From the IMG/VR virus record IMGVR_UViG_3300029911_000001, positions 124,001 through 188,000 of that record: a DNA stretch of 64,000 bases. The stretch is one strand, 5' to 3'. The notes below the pieces were generated by a model, which was not told the origin of the DNA, did no database searches, and worked only from the letters and a program-made list of their open reading frames with translations. Of the stretch, positions 1 to 10,190 are shown one piece after another (position 1 is the first letter of the stretch; every line of letters begins with the position of its first letter). A program made the translations under genes and the position numbers.

Positions 1-696
1 GTTGAATTCCTCCCCCTCAAACCAATACCCATTATTCTCATAAACCTGCAACAATTGCATCAGGTTACGGTAGGATTCAGCGTAGAACTTAAACTCATCC
101 GTGAGACCGAGAGCGAAGTAGGAACCCGCTGTCTGTCCTGATATACGAATAGAGGATACGTCCTCCCCCCACACACCGAACTGCCAGCCTCCTCGTGTAA
201 CCGCCTGAGTATCCACTGTCTGCTTACTCACCTCGATGGTTTTGGGGTTGATAAGGAACGTGAACTCCGCATCCTGAGTAGGATCAAACACCCCTGTGGT
301 GGGTATTACTCCCCGATGTGGGATGCGAATTTTCACGTAATCAGTGAGATTTTTGTTGGCACCAGTCACAAAAAAATCCCTGTTGGTGATTTGATGTGAG
401 GTCATGACGCTGTTGCCCCTCGCATCCGTGGTTGCGGAAGCGTTGATGAACACTGCTTGAATGACGTTTAGGTCTATGCTGCTGGGAATAAACCGCTTCT
501 CAGCACGTATGGGCAGGTTGCCTGTAAGACTGGCGTCACTGAGGTTGTTAACCGCAGGTAACACCGGCGTCGATATCATGGAAGTAGTTGGAGCAGCGTC
601 GATTGTATCAAACGGAGGATCGGGTTGAGCCGTCACAGTCACGTTGGTGGTTTGTGTGTTCGTCGCCGGATTGAAGTTTTCAGATGTAATTGCCAT
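1..696 (-). CDS. Baseplate/tail-tube-initiator-like virion protein, runs off the window edge; not in the ORF track
   Basis: ATG at 696 overlaps the TAA of the upstream gene; open for 232 codons to position 1 (MAITSENFNP...FTFLINPKTIEVSKQTVDTQAVTRGGWQFGVWGED...). Sits in the tail operon. Confidence 0.65.
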   Translation of the reverse strand, partial: MAITSENFNPATNTQTTNVTVTAQPDPPFDTIDAAPTTSMISTPVLPAVNNLSDASLTGNLPIRAEKRFIPSSIDLNVIQAVFINASATTDARGNSVMTSHQITNRDFFVTGANKNLTDYVKIRIPHRGVIPTTGVFDPTQDAEFTFLINPKTIEVSKQTVDTQAVTRGGWQFGVWGEDVSSIRISGQTAGSYFALGLTDEFKFYAESYRNLMQLLQVYENNGYWFEGEEFN

Positions 697-2195
697 TATG
701 GTTGCCCCGGAATGTAGTCTCTACCCACTGTGCGTTCTACTTGGAAGGTGAAGGAGAAATCCCATCTAAAAGGATTACTGGCGTCCATAGTCCATGTCAG
801 AGATTTGAAGTACCCCTCATAAACGAAGTTACGGAATTGCATCACCACCGAGCCTCGCGTCAAGGCATCGTTATTTCTGCCGTTCATCTGCTGAGCACTG
901 AGACCTAAAGCTGGAGACCAAGCGTCAATACCTGTCCAGTCTCGTGTCTCACTGGTATTACCCGGATTCACCACTGTTCCACCAGATGATGATTGGGGTG
1001 AGTATATTTTGTTCCAAAGCCAAACTGAGCCGTTCATCTTGAACAAGGAGAGGAGTTCCTGAAATGCATCTTGAGCCGCAACGCGGAAGGCTGTGCTCTG
1101 GGTGACCTTCAATCCACTGAGACGGGTTTGGAAATTTGAGTCAGAGCCCACCGTCCGGTACTCGCTTACCACCCCACCTGTAATACCCCCCTCACCGAGC
1201 ACCGTGCTGTTGTCAATGGTGGCGGATGGGTTGTTGCTCAACGTGAGTCCGCTGACAACAAGACGCTTCAAGTTCTCATCCACATTGAACGTGCTGAAGT
1301 AGTCCGTGATGCCAAACTGATTCATAAACACACCGGTTGAGCATTGACCCGATATAATGTCAGCCTGACTTCCCCACATCGTTATATGAAATGCTGTGCG
1401 AGTCTTTTGCTGATGGTAGAGATGCTTCATGGCGAGGCTATACTGCTTCATCGAGGCGTTCAACTGCAATATAATCGGTTGCCCCGTCCGCCCTTTGTCT
1501 GACAGGGTAAAGTCCTCAAGATATATTTTGAATGTGACCGGCTGCACTTCTTTGCGAAGACGGGGGTTACCCGTGATAAGACTTGTGTCCTGAAACCATG
1601 GCGTGATACCGGATAACCCTTCACCCTCCACAACATCGGGAAACAGTGCGTTATACGCATCCGTGCTAATGTCATTGTTGGTTAGAGGCTTGGCTACAAC
1701 AGCAGTGCGACCCAAATCTGGGAGATTATCTGTAGGAGAGGATGTCATCCCAACTTGTTGAATTACCGTCTGAACAGCAGAATTAACCGATTCTCTACCG
1801 GAGGCTGACGTTGCTCCCTTATATGCAAATGCGGCATTGGCGATATCCCCGTTACTAGCGGAGAGAGCCTGCTTCCACACCTTAGCCCCCGCTGTTAGAT
1901 TATCCGCGATAAAAGAGGGGGAGTTAGGGTCGGCGGAGGAGGGAAGTCCCAAAGACGCAGCAGTAGTAGGTAACACCTGTGCCGGTCCCTGCGCCCTCTG
2001 CCCACTTGTACCTACTGGCGTCCCCTGTGCCCATCCACTGGATGTAGGGACACCTTCGGTAGATATGAGTGAGTAGTAAGAGTACGGATCAACACCAACG
2101 TTAGTCGCGGTGGTGTACACCGTCGGCCAAATACCAGTGGCTTGAAAGTTTTTACTCCCGTATGCGGGTGCCTGAGGAATATTTGGTGATGCCAT
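696..2195 (-). CDS. Tail/baseplate protein with N-terminal SLT-like lytic transglycosylase domain
   Basis: LISTE...AQGPAQVLPTTAASLG...DNLTAGA...GDIANAAFAY resembles SLT motifs. C-terminal YEGYFKSLTWTMDASNPFRWDFSFTFQV is tube/baseplate-like. Directly follows the tape-measure gene. Confidence 0.6.
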   Translation of the reverse strand: MASPNIPQAPAYGSKNFQATGIWPTVYTTATNVGVDPYSYYSLISTEGVPTSSGWAQGTPVGTSGQRAQGPAQVLPTTAASLGLPSSADPNSPSFIADNLTAGAKVWKQALSASNGDIANAAFAYKGATSASGRESVNSAVQTVIQQVGMTSSPTDNLPDLGRTAVVAKPLTNNDISTDAYNALFPDVVEGEGLSGITPWFQDTSLITGNPRLRKEVQPVTFKIYLEDFTLSDKGRTGQPIILQLNASMKQYSLAMKHLYHQQKTRTAFHITMWGSQADIISGQCSTGVFMNQFGITDYFSTFNVDENLKRLVVSGLTLSNNPSATIDNSTVLGEGGITGGVVSEYRTVGSDSNFQTRLSGLKVTQSTAFRVAAQDAFQELLSLFKMNGSVWLWNKIYSPQSSSGGTVVNPGNTSETRDWTGIDAWSPALGLSAQQMNGRNNDALTRGSVVMQFRNFVYEGYFKSLTWTMDASNPFRWDFSFTFQVERTVGRDYIPGQP

Positions 2196-2197
2196 AA

Positions 2198-5100
2198 TTA
2201 CCTACCTCTACCTGTAGCTCCAGTGTCTGTTAAGGTTGCAGTTGGAGATAGGTTAGGTGACGGCTTGAACGCATTCTCTCCCCCCGTAGTTTGGGTGCTG
2301 TCTGTAGCATTAGGTGCCGACATACTGACGTAACCAACGTTCTGCGTGTTGTGATTTACTACGTTGATAAGACGCTTAAGATCAGCCGCTGGCGGAGACG
2401 GCGCTGAAACCGCTTTCGCATTAGCCTCCGCGACAGGGTTGTGGGTTGTCGGTAAAAACCCTCCTGTCCCTGAGTCATATTTATACCCCCCTGATTGTGA
2501 CTGGAATAAACTGATTTGCTTAGAATCAGACTTGACCCCCCCTGCCATTGAATGCAATGCCCCCTCAAGATACTTCCTTATCGTATCGTCGGTCTTATCC
2601 CCAGTACCAGAGAGAATTCTATCGTTTACGTTATCCCATCGTGTTTTCAACTGCGTAGCTGTTAGCCCGGTTTGGGGGTCTTTCCAGTCCTTGTTCTTCT
2701 CAATAATTTTATCCACCAACTGCTCATCCATCTGAGTTAGGGGGTCGTTCTTAGCTCTTATTGCCGCTGCTTCATCTGCCCCCCCTCCTCCCCATTTTTT
2801 GTTAATGATGTCGAGGATACCCATGATAGGACGACCTAGTTCCGACGTGATAGCACCACGGATGTCCTTCAAGATATCTTCAGTGCTTCGGGTAGCTTCA
2901 GCGATACCGGCGATTTTCTCAGCCTGTGCTGTTGTTGTCTCCAGATGGCGAGATGCAAGAGATTTGTTGACGAGGTTGTTCTTGTCGAGCATGTCGGCAA
3001 GCTTACCAGAGTCCATACTACTGGATATCCCTTTCACCAGTTTGTCAGGGTCTATTCCTTGAATCTGCTTTAAAGCGAACCCTTTGATGGGAGTATAACC
3101 AGCTTGCTTAAGAAAGTCCGAGTAAAACTTATCTATATCCTCTGACTTCATACCAGCGGTGGCCTCTGGGGACAACCCTTTGCGAATCTCGTCAACATAA
3201 GAAGAGGTTATCTCGTTAATTCCCGCCCTAGTATCCATAGGCTTACCGTCGTAACCGTACACTTTAGAAACCTGTGATACCACAGCGGCGTTATCCACAT
3301 TAAGGGACGATGGGTCTTTCAAGAAGGCACCTAATGATGTACCTCCTTTAGAAAGTCCTTGAGACAACGCTTCTATGTTTTGGACAATCTTCTGAATGGG
3401 GTTACTTGTAGTAGCTCCCTGTAAGAACGATGCTCCAATAGGATCACTTGACTTTAGGGCGTCAGCGTTCATTCGAGCAATCTGAGCTTGCTTCAGAGCG
3501 CCACCTAATTGCTCTGTCTTTTGTGTCCCCATATCACCCGTCACGTTACCTCTAAACCGATTCACTGCGGCTTCCATATCCTTCGGTTCATTCAAGTCCA
3601 ACCCGTCTAGAATCTCTTTTCGCTTAGAGGGCATAACCTCTGTGATAGCTTCGTCCAAAGTCTTAGCAAAGTTATCTGATGACTGCTGAGCGAGTTTGTC
3701 CATCGCATCCCCAAAACCACTGCGGCTGGAACCCGACATTCCCATCAGAAGTGCGCTGCGCTGCTCGTCGGTCTTCTCTCCCTTACCAGTGAGGGATTCA
3801 AGATTATCCTTCATCTGTTCCGCTGTATCGGTTCCTGTAGAACCCATGAGACGCAGTACAGTGGTCACTGTGTCAATGGACTTACCCATGTTGTCAAAAT
3901 GACTGGATACATCATCAATGAGTTCGAGGTATTTGGTGGTAGAGAAGCCAGCAGCCCGAATATCCTTACCAATGGTCTGGAAGAACTGCTGAGTACCGGA
4001 TAGAGTCATCTTGTATTGCTGCATCATCTTGATAGTTTGCTTCGTACCCTCCACGTCAGTCAGACCTATTTCACGTGCCTGCTTGAAAGCGATGGTGGCT
4101 ATGTCGCCCACATCACTTGGTAATTGATTCCCCTTAGTTTGGGTTGCAAGGGAGGCTATACTAAGACCAGACTCATTCATTGTCTGAGCCACACTCATCT
4201 GTCGTTCAGTGCTGATACCATACCGATTAAGACCCCATGCACGAAGGTTGTTTTTCACATTACCGAGAGCTTCAAGCCCTGTCTGATCCCCCGTGAAAAT
4301 ACCCCCTTTTCCAAGATTTTTCTCATACTCCTTGTTTTGGTTGGCAACAGCGTCGAATGTATCCTTGAGAGCAATCGCAGCAGCCGCAGCAATCCCTACA
4401 GACCCGCCTAACATTTTAGCCTCCATACCCCCTACCCCACCTTCGGCTGCACCTATGGCACCTTCTACGGCTGAACCCCCGCCAGCCCCCACCATATCCC
4501 ACCCCTTACTGGCAAGTCTACCCGTACCCCCCAACATACGGTTGACGAGGAACTTATCTATACGGGAGCCTTCAGGACCAACAAATTCATCGGTGGCCAT
4601 ATTACGAGCCGCTTTGTGAGCAGAAAGTTTGACAGGGTCAATCTGCCCGTCAGTCCCAATAAGTTCAGGGTATTGCTTAGCAACCTTCCGCGTCACCGCA
4701 TCCACCTTTGCTGCAAAGGTGGCTTTGTTATTTTGGGTTTTCTCTTCTCTAGCTCTCTTGACATCATGGGCAGCTTGAGCGGTTGCGACCACCTTGTTCA
4801 TACGCCCATTCGATTTTCCGAGAGCACCATTCAGTGACAAAATCGCCTTATGTATACCTCCGAGTTTGACGTTACCTACACTTCTCGCAAACTGGTCAAA
4901 GCTACCATTAATCGCGTCCGCCGACTTCTTAATCTCACCAAGAAGTTGGAGGTTGCCTTTGAGAGGCTTATTCATGTCGCCTGTTTTATCGCTGAGCTTG
5001 GTTATGGATTGTTCACACTCGTGGATAGTCCTGCGGAGAAAGACCATCTGGGCGGCGTTAGTTTTGCCGTTCTTAACTATATCCTCACTCACAGTTTTCA

Positions 5101-5404
5101 TTTTCTTGAAGTGTTCCACGGCTTGCCCATACGTCTTACTGCCAAGACTACTATTCAACCCCTTGGCTAAGGAAGCTACCTCCTTCATCGTGGTGGCTAT
5201 ATCATCAATATAGTTGACCGCTCCTCTGAGGTTACCCTCCATGTCCCCTGTGTTCTTCTCCACATCCCCTGATGTCTTGACAAGCTCCTGCATTCCTGCT
5301 GCAAACCCCTGAATCGCGGCTGATAGGATACTTACATCGCCGCGTAGAGCGTCCACCGAGTCTTGAAAACCGGGGGGCACAGCGCCTTGGGGAGGAACCG
5401 CCAT
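2198..5404 (-). CDS. Tape-measure-like protein
   Basis: 1068 aa, helical and Ala/Gly/Lys-rich, between chaperone-like and baseplate-like genes. Confidence 0.65.
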   Translation of the reverse strand: MAVPPQGAVPPGFQDSVDALRGDVSILSAAIQGFAAGMQELVKTSGDVEKNTGDMEGNLRGAVNYIDDIATTMKEVASLAKGLNSSLGSKTYGQAVEHFKKMKTVSEDIVKNGKTNAAQMVFLRRTIHECEQSITKLSDKTGDMNKPLKGNLQLLGEIKKSADAINGSFDQFARSVGNVKLGGIHKAILSLNGALGKSNGRMNKVVATAQAAHDVKRAREEKTQNNKATFAAKVDAVTRKVAKQYPELIGTDGQIDPVKLSAHKAARNMATDEFVGPEGSRIDKFLVNRMLGGTGRLASKGWDMVGAGGGSAVEGAIGAAEGGVGGMEAKMLGGSVGIAAAAAIALKDTFDAVANQNKEYEKNLGKGGIFTGDQTGLEALGNVKNNLRAWGLNRYGISTERQMSVAQTMNESGLSIASLATQTKGNQLPSDVGDIATIAFKQAREIGLTDVEGTKQTIKMMQQYKMTLSGTQQFFQTIGKDIRAAGFSTTKYLELIDDVSSHFDNMGKSIDTVTTVLRLMGSTGTDTAEQMKDNLESLTGKGEKTDEQRSALLMGMSGSSRSGFGDAMDKLAQQSSDNFAKTLDEAITEVMPSKRKEILDGLDLNEPKDMEAAVNRFRGNVTGDMGTQKTEQLGGALKQAQIARMNADALKSSDPIGASFLQGATTSNPIQKIVQNIEALSQGLSKGGTSLGAFLKDPSSLNVDNAAVVSQVSKVYGYDGKPMDTRAGINEITSSYVDEIRKGLSPEATAGMKSEDIDKFYSDFLKQAGYTPIKGFALKQIQGIDPDKLVKGISSSMDSGKLADMLDKNNLVNKSLASRHLETTTAQAEKIAGIAEATRSTEDILKDIRGAITSELGRPIMGILDIINKKWGGGGADEAAAIRAKNDPLTQMDEQLVDKIIEKNKDWKDPQTGLTATQLKTRWDNVNDRILSGTGDKTDDTIRKYLEGALHSMAGGVKSDSKQISLFQSQSGGYKYDSGTGGFLPTTHNPVAEANAKAVSAPSPPAADLKRLINVVNHNTQNVGYVSMSAPNATDSTQTTGGENAFKPSPNLSPTATLTDTGATGRGR

Positions 5405-6087
5405 TAGTTATCTTCCTTTTCAAGATCAAGCATCTGCTGCATAGAATCTACGATGATGTCCTTGTTGGAGTCCTCAATTTCCTTGAGTACATTTTCCATG
5501 AAGCGACGTTCTACATCGGTCATCAAGGTAGAATCAGGAAACTCAGATTGATACCGCTTTTCGATTTTGTCGGAGTGAACCATGGCAATCTTCCATAGGG
5601 TCATAACTAACTCCTGACCCCAACCCATGATAATATTACGAAGCACAATCTGAATGTCACGAAACATCCCATCCGCATCCTTGATGGGAGTTCCCTTGCT
5701 GCGAAGTGTGCGGATGTCTACTCCATCGATCCACGAAATAGAGTGGGATAAAATTTCAACGCGAATGCGTTGAACCCATGCGTAACCCTTATACTCTTCC
5801 GCCGCGATGAGCGCCCTGATTTCCTCGTCAGTGGGCATGTTAGTAATCCGAAGCCGGATAGTCCTGCCATTACTACTTCGGAATGTCAATATCTCCTCGT
5901 TCTCCTCAATGCCGAAACCCCGTAGACCTGCAATAATGTCTTCAATGGTTGCTGGAGCGGACGTCGCTTCAGCCGTGGGTGTAGGTGTTTCAGGTAGATT
6001 CAAGGAGCCCCCATCTGAGGGGACATTAGGAGTATCTGGGGTGTCAATACGTTCTGGAGGGAGTTTATAAATAGTGGTATCTTGCAT
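5404..6087 (-). CDS. Putative tail assembly chaperone
   Basis: 227 aa acidic protein immediately upstream of the tape-measure gene; positional inference. Confidence 0.45.
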   Translation of the reverse strand: MQDTTIYKLPPERIDTPDTPNVPSDGGSLNLPETPTPTAEATSAPATIEDIIAGLRGFGIEENEEILTFRSSNGRTIRLRITNMPTDEEIRALIAAEEYKGYAWVQRIRVEILSHSISWIDGVDIRTLRSKGTPIKDADGMFRDIQIVLRNIIMGWGQELVMTLWKIAMVHSDKIEKRYQSEFPDSTLMTDVERRFMENVLKEIEDSNKDIIVDSMQQMLDLEKEDN

Positions 6088-6160
6088 AAGTCCTTTGTTT
6101 TCCTAAAGGTAGATTTTTATTTCAAACTGTGGTTCAGTTCTATGATGCTATTGGTATACT

Positions 6161-6766
6161 GTGCATATGACTATCGAAGAAAAGGCATTAGAAGGCATAT
6201 CAATCGCGACTGCCCCCCTTCGTTGGGCAATGGATTTGCTGAAACTCATTTTCCTGTTCTGTTTTTTCGCGGTCATTGTCATCAGCTATCCTCTATACCT
6301 CTATTTCAGCGGCGACCCTGTAAGTGCTAATTCCTTGATATATTCAGGGCTAGTAACTCTACTTATTTTCACCATGATTTATACCCCCGGATACATGGTT
6401 TTCTTGGTGATCCTGTCCTTTGTTTTCTATGGCTGGTGTGGCTCCTATAATGAGGGGAATAATGTTGTCTGTGACTTCATGGTACGGGGTTGGAACTTCG
6501 AGATTGTCACCCTCATAAGCTTATTGATAGGTATTGCACAGAGGTTTATTTTTAAAAGCCCTGCTGAACCTAGGGATACTCGTCCTCCTGCGGTACGTTT
6601 AGCTGAATGCATGAACCGGAGAAGAGAAGGTCTGGTTCTTACCGAAATGCTGAACATGGGACCTGAGCAACTCAAAGCGATGAAGACCCTTTACGGAGAA
6701 AACCCCCTTATGTGGCCTCTCGACTCGCTAGGACAGGGTGACTGGCGTCCCTACCGGAAGGGTTAG
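6161..6766 (+). CDS. Membrane protein (about 3-4 TM segments)
   Basis: Long hydrophobic stretches; preceded by a GGTATACT -10-like element; opposite strand to its neighbours. Confidence 0.7.
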   Translation: MHMTIEEKALEGISIATAPLRWAMDLLKLIFLFCFFAVIVISYPLYLYFSGDPVSANSLIYSGLVTLLIFTMIYTPGYMVFLVILSFVFYGWCGSYNEGNNVVCDFMVRGWNFEIVTLISLLIGIAQRFIFKSPAEPRDTRPPAVRLAECMNRRREGLVLTEMLNMGPEQLKAMKTLYGENPLMWPLDSLGQGDWRPYRKG

Positions 6767-6820
6767 TCTTGTCTCATAATAGTCCTCCTAACTTGAAGTT
6801 CCCAGTTGATAAACGTGAAA

Positions 6821-7900
6821 TCACTTGTAGCGTTTCATCATCTCAACAGGGTCTTTCTCCACTTCCAATTTGTTACGGTTAATCGGCTTGGGTCGTACTC
6901 TACCTTTCTTCAGGTCATATTCCCGCCGACGAATTTCTTCTTCTGATTGAATCCAAACAACCTTCTCTTCATTTATACCTAGCTCACGAGCCGGGATGGT
7001 TAGAGCGTGCTTTTGTTTCTCCGCTGCATCTATCTGCTGTTTCTCAAATGCTGCCATAACTTGTTCATGTCGGTCGCCAGCCATCATCCCATGAAGCTCC
7101 TTAAGCATACCTTCGCGGGTTTCCATATTTTCAGGGTGAGCCCAACCGTCGTCTAACTCCCTGCTAGGACGGAACTTTACAACGTTCTCCCATAAATAAA
7201 GGCTGTCAGTTGCCAGTTGCTTACTAAGAACCTTAAGGTCGTTTGCCAGTGGGTCTACACTCTTACCAGCCATAGGGCGGACTTGCAGCACCGCGTTCCA
7301 GTTAGCATCCAAACGCACCTTCGCTTGTTCCCGGTAGACGCAGAGGGTTGCCCACAACCGGGCGTGCTCCGAGGGGGTGATAATCTTCATCACCGCACCA
7401 TCAGGCATCTCTATCTCCCTGTTTTCAAATGAGGTTAGTTGGGTTCCGTGCCCATGCCATAGGTTCTCTGACGCCATGGTGGTGGTGAAGGCACTGAGAT
7501 AGGGGAAGAGGGACACATCGTACTCCGTCATTTTCTGAACCAGATGCACCATGTTGTGCATTTCGAGAGCGGAGAATTCCTCAATCTCCTCTCGTTTCAG
7601 GGAGGTAGCCAACGTGAGCGTAGAGATGAGGAAGTCATTCGGGTTATGAACCCATCGAGATAGACGCTTGCGTTCGGTGTTGTGAAACCCCCTAACCCAT
7701 CCAATCCTTTGCTCATCCACCATTAGAGGTCGAATGCGTGCCCCAATCTCAATTAGCTCATCACAGTTATCCGTGATGATATGCTTGACGGCATCTAGGT
7801 GCTCATTTGGAGCTTTCTGGATAGACCCCTCATTAATTTGGCGCAGAAGGTCTACACCAGATGGGACCTCTCGCTTGGTTGATGCTCTAAGCTTGGTCAT
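6821..7900 (-). CDS. Hypothetical protein (tail module)
   Basis: 359 aa ORF, coupled to 7897..8421. Confidence 0.7.
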   Translation of the reverse strand: MTKLRASTKREVPSGVDLLRQINEGSIQKAPNEHLDAVKHIITDNCDELIEIGARIRPLMVDEQRIGWVRGFHNTERKRLSRWVHNPNDFLISTLTLATSLKREEIEEFSALEMHNMVHLVQKMTEYDVSLFPYLSAFTTTMASENLWHGHGTQLTSFENREIEMPDGAVMKIITPSEHARLWATLCVYREQAKVRLDANWNAVLQVRPMAGKSVDPLANDLKVLSKQLATDSLYLWENVVKFRPSRELDDGWAHPENMETREGMLKELHGMMAGDRHEQVMAAFEKQQIDAAEKQKHALTIPARELGINEEKVVWIQSEEEIRRREYDLKKGRVRPKPINRNKLEVEKDPVEMMKRYK

Positions 7901-8421
7901 ATCCCATCTTCCCCATCGTTGGTTGCAATGATGGCACCACGGTAACCCCCTTCCTTACGCTGGGCTCCTGCGAGAATTTTCTGTTCAAGTTCCCGCGTCT
8001 CCTTCAATTGCTGAGAGCCAAACTTAGACTCCGCCGACCGGATATTCCGGTCATGATCTGACTCGTCCTTCTCCATATCGTCACTCAGCTTCTTGATATA
8101 ACTCAGCGGTTCAGGGGCTACATATAGTTGAGATGAGGTAAAGTACCGGGCCGGGGGAAACGTACCCTTCCAGATACGGAAGACCCGCTCCACAATTGCC
8201 ATAGGTACAGCTTCCATCACCTTAATTGCCTCATCTAAGGTCTTCGGTTGGATTCCTGACACCTCTAAAAGGGCATGAGCCAGTATTATGCGTTGTGGGG
8301 TTGACTTGGGTGGAAACTTTATGGCGAACTCCTGCCGCCACCGCAGTCGCTTGAACTGGAAGGTATACTTCAGAAGCTTGACTTCTACTTGTTCGACCTG
8401 TGTCATACACCCCGTGAGCAA
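7897..8421 (-). CDS. Hypothetical protein, possibly tail-chaperone-like
   Basis: 174 aa ORF at the head of the minus-strand operon. Confidence 0.6.
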   Translation of the reverse strand: MLTGCMTQVEQVEVKLLKYTFQFKRLRWRQEFAIKFPPKSTPQRIILAHALLEVSGIQPKTLDEAIKVMEAVPMAIVERVFRIWKGTFPPARYFTSSQLYVAPEPLSYIKKLSDDMEKDESDHDRNIRSAESKFGSQQLKETRELEQKILAGAQRKEGGYRGAIIATNDGEDGI

Positions 8422-8644
8422 AAGCCCGTTTACTGAGAATCACCGGCAGACAGACCTCCGTACTTATCTAATACGCCGGAAATTACGTGCAGGGGGTATT
8501 AGTCTGCATCTGGGAAACGTACACCCAGCGAAACAACTAATGGTAGGAGGTTACCCCATCACCTCCTACCCCTTTTCTAATGGTGGGGAGAAAGAATGGG
8601 GATGCACATTTTCACCCAAATATCTATTCCATGTATGGTGACCA

Positions 8645-10189
8645 ATGGATGACATCGGTCACTTAGTTAAAGCCCTCATACGTGAAAATCCCTATGACCT
8701 GCTCATGGCGAACCGTAAGTATCTAGCGTTCGCCAACGAAGCACTGGTCGATGACCATCTCACCAAGGCGCTTGAAGCTGTAATCCTCTACTCAACTGAA
8801 TATGGTCGATGCCCTGAGAATATAACCTCAGTCATTGAGTATCTCGTTCGCAACGCGAAGCAGAACTCCGCATACGAGAAGACCGATGGGTATAGGCTCC
8901 AACTCGAAGAGATTCAGGACGACACCGACGAAAAGGAGCTTGGGGCCTCCGGTCTGATTGAGGATGTGTACCAGAAGGCATACACTTCCAAGCTAACAAA
9001 AATATACAGTCAGGCATCGAAGATAACTCTTGGTAGTTTCGCGTGTCCCTACACTAAGGAACGTGGACCTGTGGCCGCGAAGAATTACATTCGTGAGGAA
9101 GAGTCTCGGCTCGTGATAAAGAAGCCACCACAAATGGGGGGGGAACTTCGCGAGAACATGTCCCACATGAAGGAATACGTCAATAGCTTCATGATTGGTG
9201 ATACCCGACGTGTGCTCACTGGCATCAAGGCTATTGACGAGAAGACCCTCATCGGACGAAGACAGGCCAATCGCTGGATTGGCATCCTTGGTTACACTCA
9301 TCATGGCAAGTCACTCCTGCTGAACACACTGTTGTACAACATGGTTTGCAATGGGGCTAACGTATTGCTGTGCCCTCGTGAAAGTAGTGTTGAAAATGCG
9401 TTCATGCAGTTCATCTGGTTGCACCATAACAAGGTGTGCCCGGATGCTCCTATCGTGAGTCGTGCTGACTGGATGCGGAATGGTAACTCCAACACGTTCG
9501 AATCTTTCAACACAATGCAAATCATCATGAAAGACCTTGCAGAAGGGACTACCCTGCCCGGTAAGCTCGTGGTTGAGGGTTGCCGGAGTTGGGAAGAACT
9601 CAAGGATAAGGCGAAGGAGACTAATAAGAAGTTTGACTACGATGTGCTTGCCATCGACTACTTCGGTCACCTTGATACCAGCGGTGGGAATAAAAAGGAA
9701 AGCGACATGGAGAAGTACAAGAAAGACCTCCGTGACGCTCAAATGCTGTCTCTCGATGGACTTGAAGGTGACAAGAGTGGACTCGTCATCATCACCCCGT
9801 TACAAGCGAATAAGAAGGGACACGATGAAGCCGCCAAGCGTGAGGGTGACAACTTTGGCATCTACGAGAGTCTGGGTGCCGTCGAGTGGTTTACTCAAGC
9901 GGCCCAAGACATGGACTGCATTATGTCCGTGTGGATGGAAGGTGACCAATATGAGAATGGTGATAGCAAGAGGATGTTGGTCAACTGCATGAAGGGTCGC
10001 AACGACATGATTTTCAACCGAACGGTACTAACCGTCAACCCGAAGACTGGGCTGCTATATGACGACGTAGGGGGCGTGGCTGTGAAGTTAGACCGCGACC
10101 GCAACATGAATGACAGCCTGTCGCTCGAAGACATTGAGCAGTCGCTCAACACAACGGTGTCAATTGACTCCGAGAATTGGAGTAGGTAA
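8645..10189 (+). CDS. dnaB: DnaB-like replicative helicase
   Basis: Walker A GYTHHGKS, Walker B-like LAIDYF, LQANK motif, QDMDCIMSV, MKGRN arginine-finger region. Confidence 0.8.
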   Translation: MDDIGHLVKALIRENPYDLLMANRKYLAFANEALVDDHLTKALEAVILYSTEYGRCPENITSVIEYLVRNAKQNSAYEKTDGYRLQLEEIQDDTDEKELGASGLIEDVYQKAYTSKLTKIYSQASKITLGSFACPYTKERGPVAAKNYIREEESRLVIKKPPQMGGELRENMSHMKEYVNSFMIGDTRRVLTGIKAIDEKTLIGRRQANRWIGILGYTHHGKSLLLNTLLYNMVCNGANVLLCPRESSVENAFMQFIWLHHNKVCPDAPIVSRADWMRNGNSNTFESFNTMQIIMKDLAEGTTLPGKLVVEGCRSWEELKDKAKETNKKFDYDVLAIDYFGHLDTSGGNKKESDMEKYKKDLRDAQMLSLDGLEGDKSGLVIITPLQANKKGHDEAAKREGDNFGIYESLGAVEWFTQAAQDMDCIMSVWMEGDQYENGDSKRMLVNCMKGRNDMIFNRTVLTVNPKTGLLYDDVGGVAVKLDRDRNMNDSLSLEDIEQSLNTTVSIDSENWSR

Positions 10190-10190
10190 A

